This document shows, piece by piece, positions 10,151-19,402 of a DNA stretch of 64,000 bases. Origin of the DNA: Nitrososphaerota archaeon (GTDB lineage Archaea; Thermoproteota; EX4484-205; JAAOZP01). The position numbers and the translations under genes are program-made. How positions within the stretch are numbered: the stretch's first letter is position 1; each line of letters opens with the position of its first letter. The notes under the pieces are model-generated. The model saw only the letters and a list, made by a program, of their open reading frames with translations, did not search any database and had not been told where the DNA came from. Location of the stretch: NCBI GenBank assembly GCA_011605725.1, contig JAAOZP010000012.1, positions 160,001-224,000 on the forward strand, given 5' to 3'.

Positions 10151-11187
10151 ACATTTTTAGACATGTGGAGAGCTTGACGCAGTTGAAAAGCAGCCTCCTC
10201 TGGAGCTGTGATGTTTATAAACGCGCCTGACCCGAGTTCGAAGCCGGCGTGTACAGCGATACGCGGATAAATCTCGATGTGCCAGTGAAAATCCCTATAA
10301 TCCACAGGCTTCGAATGAAAAACAATGTTGAATGAAAAATTGCCCAACACCGTTTTGTAGGCGGAAAAAAGCTCTTTAAAGATTAGCGCGAGATCACTGA
10401 TCTCCTCCAAGCGGGAATCGAGAAAAGAGCCGGCATGACGCTTCGGCACAATCCAGCACTCATACGGAAAGATGCTTGCAAAAGGAGTTACAACCTTGAA
10501 GTGTTCTCCAGCTAACACAAGCCGACTTTCTTCATGAACCTCTTTGATCAACGCGCAAAAATAGCATTCACCATGAACCCGTGTAACCCTTGAGAAAGAC
10601 TCTAACTCTTTTGAGATTAAAGGAGGAATAAACGAACTGCCTATAATCTGGAAATGAGGATGCTTGATGGAGGCTCCAGCCTCCCTACCGTGATTCTTGA
10701 AAATAGCAACATGCTTAACATTCTCGTCAGACTCCATATATCTTCCCCTGTCGAGTAATGCTAGTAGAGGCAGCTCAATGCTTCTAGGCTCAGACAACTC
10801 ATAGCTCCATAAGTGATTCGGGTTCTCGACAACAACCTCATGGTAACCATACGGGTTAAAGCATCCTGGTCTGGAGGGTTCCACCTTAGTGCTGAGCGCG
10901 GGAAACATGTTTGAAAAAACCCTAACAGACCAGTCGCTTCTCCTATGCCCATTCTCGTCAAACGTCTTCAGAATTCTTTGCCCACCCTCTGAAACGTATA
11001 GGAGAACTGCCCTAGGAGTCTTGTCCTCGCAACCGGGGCAGAACGGACATTCCTTATCATCTTCTTTGAATTCCTCACGGTAGAAGTGGGGCCTTTTTCG
11101 TCTTCCTCTCGCAACTATAACAATCCTTCCGGTGAAATCATCGAACCTTACCTCACTCTCCACTTCGCTTGAAGACGGGTTACTCAT
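10147..11187 (-). CDS. galT: GalT-family nucleotidyltransferase (galactose-1-phosphate uridylyltransferase / ADP-glucose phosphorylase-like)
   Basis: CPFCPG, NMFPAL, NHGREAGASIKHPHFQ, HWHIEIYP, AGFELGSG. Confidence 0.85.
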   Translation of the reverse strand: MSNPSSSEVESEVRFDDFTGRIVIVARGRRKRPHFYREEFKEDDKECPFCPGCEDKTPRAVLLYVSEGGQRILKTFDENGHRRSDWSVRVFSNMFPALSTKVEPSRPGCFNPYGYHEVVVENPNHLWSYELSEPRSIELPLLALLDRGRYMESDENVKHVAIFKNHGREAGASIKHPHFQIIGSSFIPPLISKELESFSRVTRVHGECYFCALIKEVHEESRLVLAGEHFKVVTPFASIFPYECWIVPKRHAGSFLDSRLEEISDLALIFKELFSAYKTVLGNFSFNIVFHSKPVDYRDFHWHIEIYPRIAVHAGFELGSGAFINITAPEEAAFQLRQALHMSKNV

Positions 11188-11259
11188 AATGAATCCGCTG
11201 CTGGACGACTACATAAATCTTGAGAAGTTAAAAACATATAAAGGATAATTACATGCTCA

Positions 11260-12504
11260 GTGAAGAATACCTCTATGAAGATAGCATTCATGGTGTATGA
11301 ATACCCACCCTATCTCGTGGGGGGGCTTGGAACATATGCACAGTATATTACAAAGGAGTTCATTAAGCTTGGGCACGATGTTACTGTTTTCACCATGCAC
11401 AGGGGGACAACTCAGTTGAGAGAAATAACTGGAGGTGTTGAAATCAGGAGATACCCGACAGTGGATGCGAGCGATGTTTTCGCTCCTATAGTGACTGAGG
11501 ATTTGAAGCGCTGGGGAACCTACATAAGGTTCTTCAGCGACATTTTCATCTACAACGTGATGGCTGCGTCAGACCTTGTTGCAGAGACTATGAAGACCAA
11601 AATCGACATAATCTCGTTTCACGACTGGTTGAGCTCCATAGGGGCGTTAATATCTAGAAAACACACAACCATACCGATGGTTTTCCACGTGCATTCGACA
11701 GAATGGGGTAGGACTGGAGACGGCTCCCAAGTAATAAAATACTTGGAGGAGAAGGCGGCTTTAACAGCGGAAAGGATAATTACAGTAAGCTACGCGATGA
11801 AAGAAGACCTGGTTAAACACGGTTGGCCTGAGGATAAGATAAGCGTAGTCTGGAATGGTGTGGATGCTAACGTTTACAATCCTGATAAATGCAGGCCTGA
11901 AGACGTAGAGGCAGTTAGAAGGAGGTATAACATAGGCAGGGAGGAAAACATGCTGCTTTTCATAGGCAGGTTAACATGGGTTAAGGGTGTTAGAAACCTT
12001 ATTCAAGCAATGCCCCTAATCCTCAAGGAGCATCCGAATACGAAGCTGGTTATACTTGGAAGAGGAGAAGAGCAGAAGGATATTGAAGAGTTGACGAGCC
12101 GGCTAGGGCTTTCAAACAACGTTTACTACAGGTATGAGTTCATACCGGAGAACGAACGCATCCTGCATTATGCGGCGGCAGACCTGTGTGTTTTTCCAAG
12201 CATCTACGAACCTTTTGGAATAGTTTCGCTCGAGGCGATGGCGATGAAGAAGCCGATTGTCGTTGGGGCTAGTGGAGTATGCGGATTCAGGGAGCAGGTT
12301 ATCAGCAGCGGACCTGAACAGAATGGTGTACACATAAATGGTAATGATCCGGCGGACATAGCTTGGGGGGTTAAGCTCATATTATCGGATAAAGAAAAAG
12401 CCGTAAAGATGGGTGAAAACGGTAGGAAAAGAGTTCTAAACTACTTTACTTGGGACAAGGTGGCTCAACAAACGATCAAGATATATGAATCACTCTTAAA
12501 ATGA
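11260..12504 (+). CDS. GT4 glycosyltransferase (glycogen synthase-like)
   Basis: YEYPPYLVGGLG, FHDW, HSTEWGR, IGRLTWVKG, PSIYEPFGIVSLEAMA. Confidence 0.92.
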   Translation: MKNTSMKIAFMVYEYPPYLVGGLGTYAQYITKEFIKLGHDVTVFTMHRGTTQLREITGGVEIRRYPTVDASDVFAPIVTEDLKRWGTYIRFFSDIFIYNVMAASDLVAETMKTKIDIISFHDWLSSIGALISRKHTTIPMVFHVHSTEWGRTGDGSQVIKYLEEKAALTAERIITVSYAMKEDLVKHGWPEDKISVVWNGVDANVYNPDKCRPEDVEAVRRRYNIGREENMLLFIGRLTWVKGVRNLIQAMPLILKEHPNTKLVILGRGEEQKDIEELTSRLGLSNNVYYRYEFIPENERILHYAAADLCVFPSIYEPFGIVSLEAMAMKKPIVVGASGVCGFREQVISSGPEQNGVHINGNDPADIAWGVKLILSDKEKAVKMGENGRKRVLNYFTWDKVAQQTIKIYESLLK

Positions 12505-12542
12505 ACAACTATCAAAATATGCTTAGAGATTAAAACAGATTA

Positions 12543-13826
12543 TTACTCCGCCATTCTAACAACATCCTCATAGGTCTGGAGAAACTTATTCTTATAGGTC
12601 ATTCCCGGAGGAAGAGTTAGACCCGGGTTTACCCTTGTGTTTATAAGCCTACAGCCCTCCCGGATCCGGACTGAGTTTCCAACTGTTGAGAAGGACTCTA
12701 TTAGGGTAGGCTTTTCTTTAGAGGATTCAACTATTACTTTCCTACCTATAATGCTATCAAATATGCCAGCGTAATCACCTATCTTTGCAGCATCCATAAT
12801 CGCCGACCTCTCGATGACAACGTGCTCACCTATAATGCAGAAATTGTCTATTGAAGAATCCATTATCTTGGAATAGTCGCCTATCCTAGTATGCCTACCT
12901 ATTAATACAGCCCCCTCTAAACCGAGCTTGTTTTCATTAAATTTTCTCACGATCTCCTCCCTCCTTCTTATAGACTCCTCACTATAGCCCTGGACCCAGA
13001 TATTCTTCCCAGGCACAATCCTTTCCTCAGTTATCCTGATATCCAATGCGCCCTTGAGAACGTTAAGCATCGCCTCCAGGTATTTCTCTGGAGAACCAAC
13101 GTCAAACCAAATCGGGATTTCGTAGCCGTAAACCGGGAAACCCCTATCCACGAGATACGGAATCAAGTCGTATCCGAAGTCAAGCCTCCCCTTCCCATTC
13201 CTAATCCTCATCACTTCTTCCCCATCCACTATGCTTCTCAGTTCTGGTGACAACAAGTATATTCCGGCATTCACAAGGTTGCTGGGTGCCTGATTAGGCT
13301 GAGGCTTTTCAACGAACCGCTTGATCCTCATGTCATGGTCAACATCAGCAACACCGTATTCTTCCACGTTCCCCACCCTTATCAACGCGATGCTCATCAA
13401 AGCGTTTCTCTCCTCGTGTTTCCTAACAAAATCATTCAGATCGAAGCTAAAGAGGTTGTCACCCTGAACCACGATCACAGGCTTACGAATATCGTAATAC
13501 TCCATGTTTATCCTGTATGAATCAGCGCTTCCGACATCATCAAGATTAGGCTGATGTTTAATGTGGATTCTTGGTTCAATCCTATACTTGGCCGAGAATC
13601 CTATTCCCTCCCCATACTGGTCGAAGAGATTAGAATAATTCGTATAGCCCATTTCCCCGAATATGAAATTCCTAACACCCTGCTCAGCCAAAGCAATCAT
13701 CGAAAACTCTATCAGGGGTCTGTTAAGAAATCTTACACAGGGCTTAGAAACATCGTGAGACAATGGCCTCAGCCTTTTAGCTTGACCACCCACGGGTATG
13801 AAACAAACTAAGTCCTGAACCCTCAT
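12543..13826 (-). CDS. Sugar-1-phosphate nucleotidyltransferase (NDP-glucose synthase, GlgC-like) with C-terminal left-handed beta-helix
   Basis: VGGQAKRLRPLS..SKP, FVEKP, NAGIY, DFGYDLIP, WFDVG, hexapeptide repeats. Confidence 0.88.
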   Translation of the reverse strand: MRVQDLVCFIPVGGQAKRLRPLSHDVSKPCVRFLNRPLIEFSMIALAEQGVRNFIFGEMGYTNYSNLFDQYGEGIGFSAKYRIEPRIHIKHQPNLDDVGSADSYRINMEYYDIRKPVIVVQGDNLFSFDLNDFVRKHEERNALMSIALIRVGNVEEYGVADVDHDMRIKRFVEKPQPNQAPSNLVNAGIYLLSPELRSIVDGEEVMRIRNGKGRLDFGYDLIPYLVDRGFPVYGYEIPIWFDVGSPEKYLEAMLNVLKGALDIRITEERIVPGKNIWVQGYSEESIRRREEIVRKFNENKLGLEGAVLIGRHTRIGDYSKIMDSSIDNFCIIGEHVVIERSAIMDAAKIGDYAGIFDSIIGRKVIVESSKEKPTLIESFSTVGNSVRIREGCRLINTRVNPGLTLPPGMTYKNKFLQTYEDVVRMAE

Positions 13827-13950
13827 ACATCCGTATACTGGATGAAGAAACATTTATTCTTAACGGCGATAGAAAGACTCGAAAGCCCGTTGCTAAACCG
13901 CTTTTTCAGAGCCCTGCGGATCCAGGATACTTCTATCCCGCAATATTCGC

Positions 13951-15882
13951 CTAGCTGCGGACAAGTTTCATAACGGCTTCAACAAGCGAATCCTCATCCA
14001 AGCCCGCCATTCTATAAAGGTCTTCAAACGCCCCAGAGGAACCGTATTCAGTAATTCCCAACCGTTTTATTCTAACACTGTAGCCTCGCTCAGCAACAGC
14101 CTGTGAAACGGAGGCTCCTAACCCAGTTTTAACATTATGATCCTCGTAAGTTATAATCCTGCCTGTTTTAGCAGCTTCCTCCAAAACTTTCTCGTCAACC
14201 TCCAGAGGACTGGAAACATTAACCACCATAACGTTGACACCCATATCTCTAAGCCTCTCCCAAGCTGAGACAGCTTTATGAGCTATTGAGCCCATGGTGA
14301 ATATTGCAGCATCACCGCCGGTCCTCAAGACATCCGCCGTACCATACTTGAAAACGTAGTTTCCAGCAAATACTTCCCTACCGGCCTCATCAGTAATTAT
14401 CGGTAGCCTCGACCTTCCCACGGCGAGCAGAAAGTTGCCGGGTGTTGACGCGATGAACCTCGTAGCCCTGTCAGTCTGATTAGCGTCAGCAGGCACTATA
14501 ATCCTGAAACCGTAAAGATTCCTGAAAACACCCACGTAATCAATGCAGTGATGAGTCTTCCCGTCTTCACCGACGTTTAAACCACAGTGCGTAACGACAA
14601 CCTTAAGGTTCGTATGGTTAATATCGTTAAGCCTATGCTGATTATAGGTCTCGTCAACACCGAAAACCCCGAAGTCCACGAAGAAGGATACAACCCCCTG
14701 GATTGAAGCTGCTCCTGCAATAGTCGCCGTGGTGTGCTCCTGAACACCGGCTTGGAAGAAATTGTGCGGGAATTTCTTCGCGAACTCCATTGTCCTGACG
14801 GACTCAGCCAAGTCGCAGTCAAAAACGGCGATTAAAGGTTTCTCCACCCCTTGGGCTTCAGCGATGTCGATTAAAGCATTGCCGAAAGCCTGCCTGGTTT
14901 CCACATGGCTTCCAGCCCCGTATGTCCTCGGCAACCCAGGCTTGAGCACCACTGTTTCCGAGCATGATTCGTAAGTTTTGCGGCGTGAAGAATCTTTAAG
15001 CTCTGAGGCGAATCTGTTTCTCAACTCCCTATACTTGTCTAGATCATCCTCAACGCCCAGTTCCTGAATCGCCTTCTTATACTCATCTATTTTCAACGGT
15101 CTGCCGTGATACTCCTCGTTACCCTCCATGAAGGAAACTCCCTTCCCCATTACTGTCCGAGCGATTACGACTGTTGGAGAACCGTCGGTCACAGCCTCGT
15201 TCAACGCGCTTCGCAGAGCTTTAAAATCGTGACCATCAGTCTCAACAACCCTCCAGCTGTCTGACGCATATCCCTCCTTAATGTTGACCGGCATCACCTC
15301 ATACGTCTTACCACTTATCTGCCTCTCATTATAGTCGACTATCACGGTAATGTTTGAAAAACCATACTTATGGGCGAACCTCCTAGCCTCAGCAACCTGC
15401 CCCTTAGCCTGCTCCGCGTCACTCATAGCGACGAAAACATGGTAGTCCATGCCTCTCACCCTTCCTGCGACAGCGAAGCCGCATCCAGCAGAGAGACCTT
15501 GGCCAAGGTTCCCAGTGGACCACTCCACCCCTGGGACACATCTCTCCACATGACCCTCGAAACGGCTGCCGGCAAGCCTGAAAGTGGCTATCGCCTCGTC
15601 AATGTCGAAGAAACCGAGCCTGCCTAAGGCAGCGTAAACACCTGGGGAAGTATGACCGTGGCTGATGACTATCCTATCCCTAGCCGGCCAGCATGGATCT
15701 TTAGGCCTGACTCTTGCGAAAGAGAAGAGAGCAAGATAGATGTCTATACTGGACATGGATCCCCCGGGGTGTCCCGAGGCAGCTAAAGTAGTCATCTTCA
15801 AAATATCGCCTCGCGCTATTCTACCCATTTCCCTCAGCCTTTCAAGATGCTCGTCCGCTATCCATCTCCTAGGAGGATTCAT
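13951..15882 (-). CDS. tkt: Transketolase, single-chain (N and C domains fused)
   Basis: SGHPGGSMS, ISHGH, TGNLGQG, SDAE..N ThDP motif, GVQEH, GEDGKTH, TYEDH; start set at ATG 15882 from upstream TATA. Confidence 0.92.
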   Translation of the reverse strand: MNPPRRWIADEHLERLREMGRIARGDILKMTTLAASGHPGGSMSSIDIYLALFSFARVRPKDPCWPARDRIVISHGHTSPGVYAALGRLGFFDIDEAIATFRLAGSRFEGHVERCVPGVEWSTGNLGQGLSAGCGFAVAGRVRGMDYHVFVAMSDAEQAKGQVAEARRFAHKYGFSNITVIVDYNERQISGKTYEVMPVNIKEGYASDSWRVVETDGHDFKALRSALNEAVTDGSPTVVIARTVMGKGVSFMEGNEEYHGRPLKIDEYKKAIQELGVEDDLDKYRELRNRFASELKDSSRRKTYESCSETVVLKPGLPRTYGAGSHVETRQAFGNALIDIAEAQGVEKPLIAVFDCDLAESVRTMEFAKKFPHNFFQAGVQEHTTATIAGAASIQGVVSFFVDFGVFGVDETYNQHRLNDINHTNLKVVVTHCGLNVGEDGKTHHCIDYVGVFRNLYGFRIIVPADANQTDRATRFIASTPGNFLLAVGRSRLPIITDEAGREVFAGNYVFKYGTADVLRTGGDAAIFTMGSIAHKAVSAWERLRDMGVNVMVVNVSSPLEVDEKVLEEAAKTGRIITYEDHNVKTGLGASVSQAVAERGYSVRIKRLGITEYGSSGAFEDLYRMAGLDEDSLVEAVMKLVRS

Positions 15883-15948
15883 GCAAAAGCGTCCTGACGA
15901 GGAGGAATAAAAAGTTATTCCGTGCCCGAGAGCGATTCTAGGCGCGCG

Positions 15949-16020
15949 CTGCATATTATTTCCATTGAACCCAGGTATGGGCTTCTCGAGCAAGTGTATA
16001 GGAAGATCGTTGGGTGTTGA
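15949..16020 (+). pseudogene. Probable C-terminal remnant of an ABC transporter ATP-binding gene
   Basis: Reads LHIISIEPRYGLLEQVYRKIVGC*, like the LEEVY..IV tail of ABC-2 ATPases; ends 5 nt before the permease ATG at 16026; begins at the end of a GCGCGCGC tract. Confidence 0.55.
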
Positions 16021-16820
16021 AAAAAATGAGTCGGTTGGGATCTTTGATTAGAATGGAGATCGTAAGGCTATTAAAGTTCCCAGTGTTAGAGCTGATAACT
16101 ATAGCAGCGATATTTTTTGCATTAAGCAGCGCCTTAAACTTCGATTACCCTAGTGTTACTCGCTTTTCAGACGAATTAAGTCCAAGTACATTATGGCAAG
16201 ACCAGCTTAACAGGTTCATGAAAAATCTTGTGTGGCGGCATCTGGCCCCATATTTCGGCTCCTATAACTATGTGGCTTTCATCTATGCCGCTTTAACAGC
16301 CATGATTGCTGGAGACCTTTCGTCGGGACATATGGCGCTGATATTTTCTCAACCTTTCAAGAGAAGCGAGATATTTATGGTCAGGGCCGGCCTAACCTTT
16401 CTGGTTCCCTTAGTAGTGTATCTACTGGCCAATTCAGCAATAATCTTGATTGTAGGAGGCTTAAGCTGCTTCCTTGCAAACCCGGGATACACTCAAATCT
16501 GCTACAGCCTTGCTACCACATCTTTTCTCTATGTATTCTCAGTATGCCTCTCCTTGACATTAATAGTTAAAGAGACGATCCCAAGCTTCATATCTTCCCT
16601 AATGTTTCTATACGGTATTGATTACGCTGCAAGGATATTTCAAGAAAAATGGGTTAGAATCTTAATACCTAATACTGCCCTAACTGATTTCTGGTTTGCA
16701 CTAGGCTCCCCCTTGCTTGAAGAAAGTCCGCCATGGTCCTCTCTATTAACGCCTATGGCGATCTCGATTGCCCTCATAGCAGTTTGTTACCTTTACTTCA
16801 CTAGGGAGCTTGAGGTTTGA
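16014..16820 (+). CDS. ABC-2 type transporter permease
   Basis: About 6 TM segments; IAGDLSSGHMALIFSQPFKRSEIF signature; start may be ATG 16026. Confidence 0.8.
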   Translation: MLKKMSRLGSLIRMEIVRLLKFPVLELITIAAIFFALSSALNFDYPSVTRFSDELSPSTLWQDQLNRFMKNLVWRHLAPYFGSYNYVAFIYAALTAMIAGDLSSGHMALIFSQPFKRSEIFMVRAGLTFLVPLVVYLLANSAIILIVGGLSCFLANPGYTQICYSLATTSFLYVFSVCLSLTLIVKETIPSFISSLMFLYGIDYAARIFQEKWVRILIPNTALTDFWFALGSPLLEESPPWSSLLTPMAISIALIAVCYLYFTRELEV

Positions 16821-17311
16821 ACTACTTAGCTAAAAGGCTAGGCGTTACTCTTATCATAGCCGGGTTAACCATAATAATTGCTTGTATCTCTACGAGTGGA
16901 GAACAAGTTAGGAAGGAGAACATATTGATAGGTGTAAATAAAACAGCAGCTTTATCATACTATCTGCATGATAACGATGTTGAATTTGTGATTGAAATAA
17001 TCCCATCAAGGGCTAAGGCAGATATACTGCTCCTGGATGCTGAACAACTTAAGTCAGCCATCCAAGTGGCTGATTTAAAACCACTTGTTGAGCTTAAAAA
17101 TGTAGATAATGCTGATTTCAAGCTCGAACACAAGAGGGGTCTCTATTTCCTGTTCATAGTGAATAGGTCTGAAGAAGGCATATCAGCGTATATTACACGA
17201 ATATCCAGCGGAGTTCAACAGGATATAGTCTGCATAGGTATTGGAACTATTATTTTAGGGCTTGCATGCCTGATTACAGCAAAACTAGTTAAAAATAAAA
17301 ATGCAGGATAA
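16817..17311 (+). CDS. Membrane protein with N- and C-terminal TM helices and a beta-rich loop domain
   Basis: Hydrophobic ends; TTGA overlap with the permease stop. Confidence 0.65.
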   Translation: MNYLAKRLGVTLIIAGLTIIIACISTSGEQVRKENILIGVNKTAALSYYLHDNDVEFVIEIIPSRAKADILLLDAEQLKSAIQVADLKPLVELKNVDNADFKLEHKRGLYFLFIVNRSEEGISAYITRISSGVQQDIVCIGIGTIILGLACLITAKLVKNKNAG

Positions 17312-17626
17312 CCAACTGAATAAAATTAGTGAGGAACATTAGAGGGATCTATGACTGCAACTTACTGTTTTGCTTAAGCCGCGCGTGCGTCACCGGCTTC
17401 TAGAAATAGTAAGATACTGTTGATGGAAGAGGGCTCTTGAGGGAGCAGAGTTATAAGGAGCTTGGGTTTTAACCCTGCTTGATGCAACAGCTATGAGTTG
17501 CCTTCTGAGCCTGATTTGTGACGACTAGAGAGAAAAGAGCTGTTGTTTTTAAATGACGGCGCAGAACCGCTAACCCATTTTAAGTAATTCTTGGCACGCA
17601 ACACCATGCGTGGACTTGCACGATTT

Positions 17627-19378
17627 TCAGAATGGGAGGAGGAACTCGACTACTGGACATTTCTCCATACATGTTTCACACCCTTTACACCTGGTTTCAT
17701 CCACGTGAACCTTCCCATCCCGGTTAAGGAACAATGCTTCGTGCGGGCACCAAGCCTCGCAGGAACCGCATCCTAAGCAGTATGCTGCTCTGAGAACAAT
17801 GCTAATCATTTTTCTATTCTTGTTTTCCAACTTGAACACCACCTTGTTTCCGTTTAATACATATGATGCTGCAGGATGCCCCAGGGTTTTCACGAGTTCC
17901 CTTAAACTGTCCTCATCTATTTCCCTGTCTAAAACCAGGCATGTGGCAACTCCATCGTCTTTCACCACGTATTTTTCAAGGCGGCGGCTATGGACCTCTC
18001 CAACAACCTTCTTCATCTTTACCGGGACCCGTTTCCATCTCCACAAGTGATATTTTAGTGACAGCAAGTCTTTATCCGAGATATGCTTAAGAATTTCTCG
18101 TCTGAATTCACTCCAGAGATCAGGATGGATTTTCTCTAAAAGCAGGTAGTCCCCTATGCTGCAGGAGGGACATGGGTAACACCCTATCCTGTCAAACCCG
18201 TAGAAATAAGCCTTGTTCACTAGGTTGAGAACTCCTCGATACAGCAAGTACAGCCATACGGTCAACATATCCCAATCGTTTATGGGAGAGGCAGAGATTG
18301 ATTCTGGAATCCATTGGTTCCGCCACACGCTTCCAGCTCTAGCTCTTTTTCTAGACTCCAGCGCCCTCTGCCCCACGAAGGTCAAGCTGCCTCCGGGGAA
18401 TGCTCTCCTGTAGAGCCGTGCAGTCGGAATAAGCTTTATAACTTTACAGCACCATCTGTAGTCTCTCGAAGGTAATCTGAAAACATTCAAACCCTTCCAG
18501 AAACCATCGTAAGCATCAACCGTTAAAAGCTCTAGGCCAAGGCTGTCAGCCACCTTTTTCACGTTTTCCACGGTTTCAGGAAGCTCTATTCCAGTGTTTG
18601 TAAACGAGACCTTGGGTTTTACTCCGGCTTTCAGAACCAGAAGCAGCGTTGCTAAACTGTCTTTCCCGCCGGAGTATGAGACACAAGTGGGCTTTCTAAT
18701 CCTGTTTAAAAGCCTGAGGATGAACACGATAGCTCTAGACTCCCTTCTTCTCAAATATTCCAAGTTAGATTTCAACACGTCCTCTAAACCAGATGGTTTA
18801 GTCTCCTCCTCATTCAGAATTGGCTGGAAAGTCTTTACTACTCTTGCTTCTCCATTACCCGTTAGTTGAGCAACCCCGTAAACACCTTTTTCACCAAATA
18901 CTGGCAGATACCTTGCTTCAAGTGGAAGATTTAACCCGGTGATTTTCAAACCACCTCCTTTTTTAACACCCTCTTTGAAAAACCCTATGCCAAGGTTTTT
19001 AAAAATCCTTAAACAACCGTATTCAACAGGCTTGAAAACCCAGTCGTAAATATAGACGTCGAAGAAGAAGTGGCCGATCAGCCTTCCGTCGGAGATTATC
19101 TCGTAAGCCTGATCAACGTAGAAAAGCTTGTTTGCAAGCATAAGATGACCATCATACAGTACTTTCCCTCCTGCTCCCGAACCATACTGTTTATCAAGAA
19201 CCTCCAAGATCAGTTTTCTCTCTTCCTCGAAAACAGGTCTTAAGTCAGTCCTCCCCCTTGTTTTCAAATAAAAACCCTTGTCTCCACACACGTCACACTT
19301 CTCCCCGAGGAGCGGCACGTTGCAGATGCTGCACCATCTTACTGAGGTTTTCAAATGCTTCAACCCCGGATGCACCAT
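17627..19378 (-). CDS. PAPS/APS-reductase-family protein with N-terminal Zn ribbon and C-terminal 2x[4Fe-4S] ferredoxin domain
   Basis: WCSICNVPL..CDVCG, SYSGGKDS, RWCCKVIK, RIGCYPCP, CLGCGSCEAWCP, CKGCETCMEKCP. Confidence 0.88.
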   Translation of the reverse strand: MVHPGLKHLKTSVRWCSICNVPLLGEKCDVCGDKGFYLKTRGRTDLRPVFEEERKLILEVLDKQYGSGAGGKVLYDGHLMLANKLFYVDQAYEIISDGRLIGHFFFDVYIYDWVFKPVEYGCLRIFKNLGIGFFKEGVKKGGGLKITGLNLPLEARYLPVFGEKGVYGVAQLTGNGEARVVKTFQPILNEEETKPSGLEDVLKSNLEYLRRRESRAIVFILRLLNRIRKPTCVSYSGGKDSLATLLLVLKAGVKPKVSFTNTGIELPETVENVKKVADSLGLELLTVDAYDGFWKGLNVFRLPSRDYRWCCKVIKLIPTARLYRRAFPGGSLTFVGQRALESRKRARAGSVWRNQWIPESISASPINDWDMLTVWLYLLYRGVLNLVNKAYFYGFDRIGCYPCPSCSIGDYLLLEKIHPDLWSEFRREILKHISDKDLLSLKYHLWRWKRVPVKMKKVVGEVHSRRLEKYVVKDDGVATCLVLDREIDEDSLRELVKTLGHPAASYVLNGNKVVFKLENKNRKMISIVLRAAYCLGCGSCEAWCPHEALFLNRDGKVHVDETRCKGCETCMEKCPVVEFLLPF

Positions 19379-19402
19379 ATCACGGTTCTACACTGTTAAA
19401 AC

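Noticed and set aside
13860-13945. Short hairpins (GGATA-cttc-TATCC; AACGG..CCGTT) downstream of tkt as a structured RNA
   Set aside because: Stems of only 5 bp and no recognisable ribozyme or riboswitch core
15883-15993. N-terminal extension of the transketolase ORF
   Set aside because: It crosses the gene's own TATA box, the CG tract and an opposite-strand gene remnant
17595-17612. CACGCA-N6-TGCGTG hairpin between convergent genes
   Set aside because: 6-bp stem with no adjacent T-tract; insufficient to call a terminator
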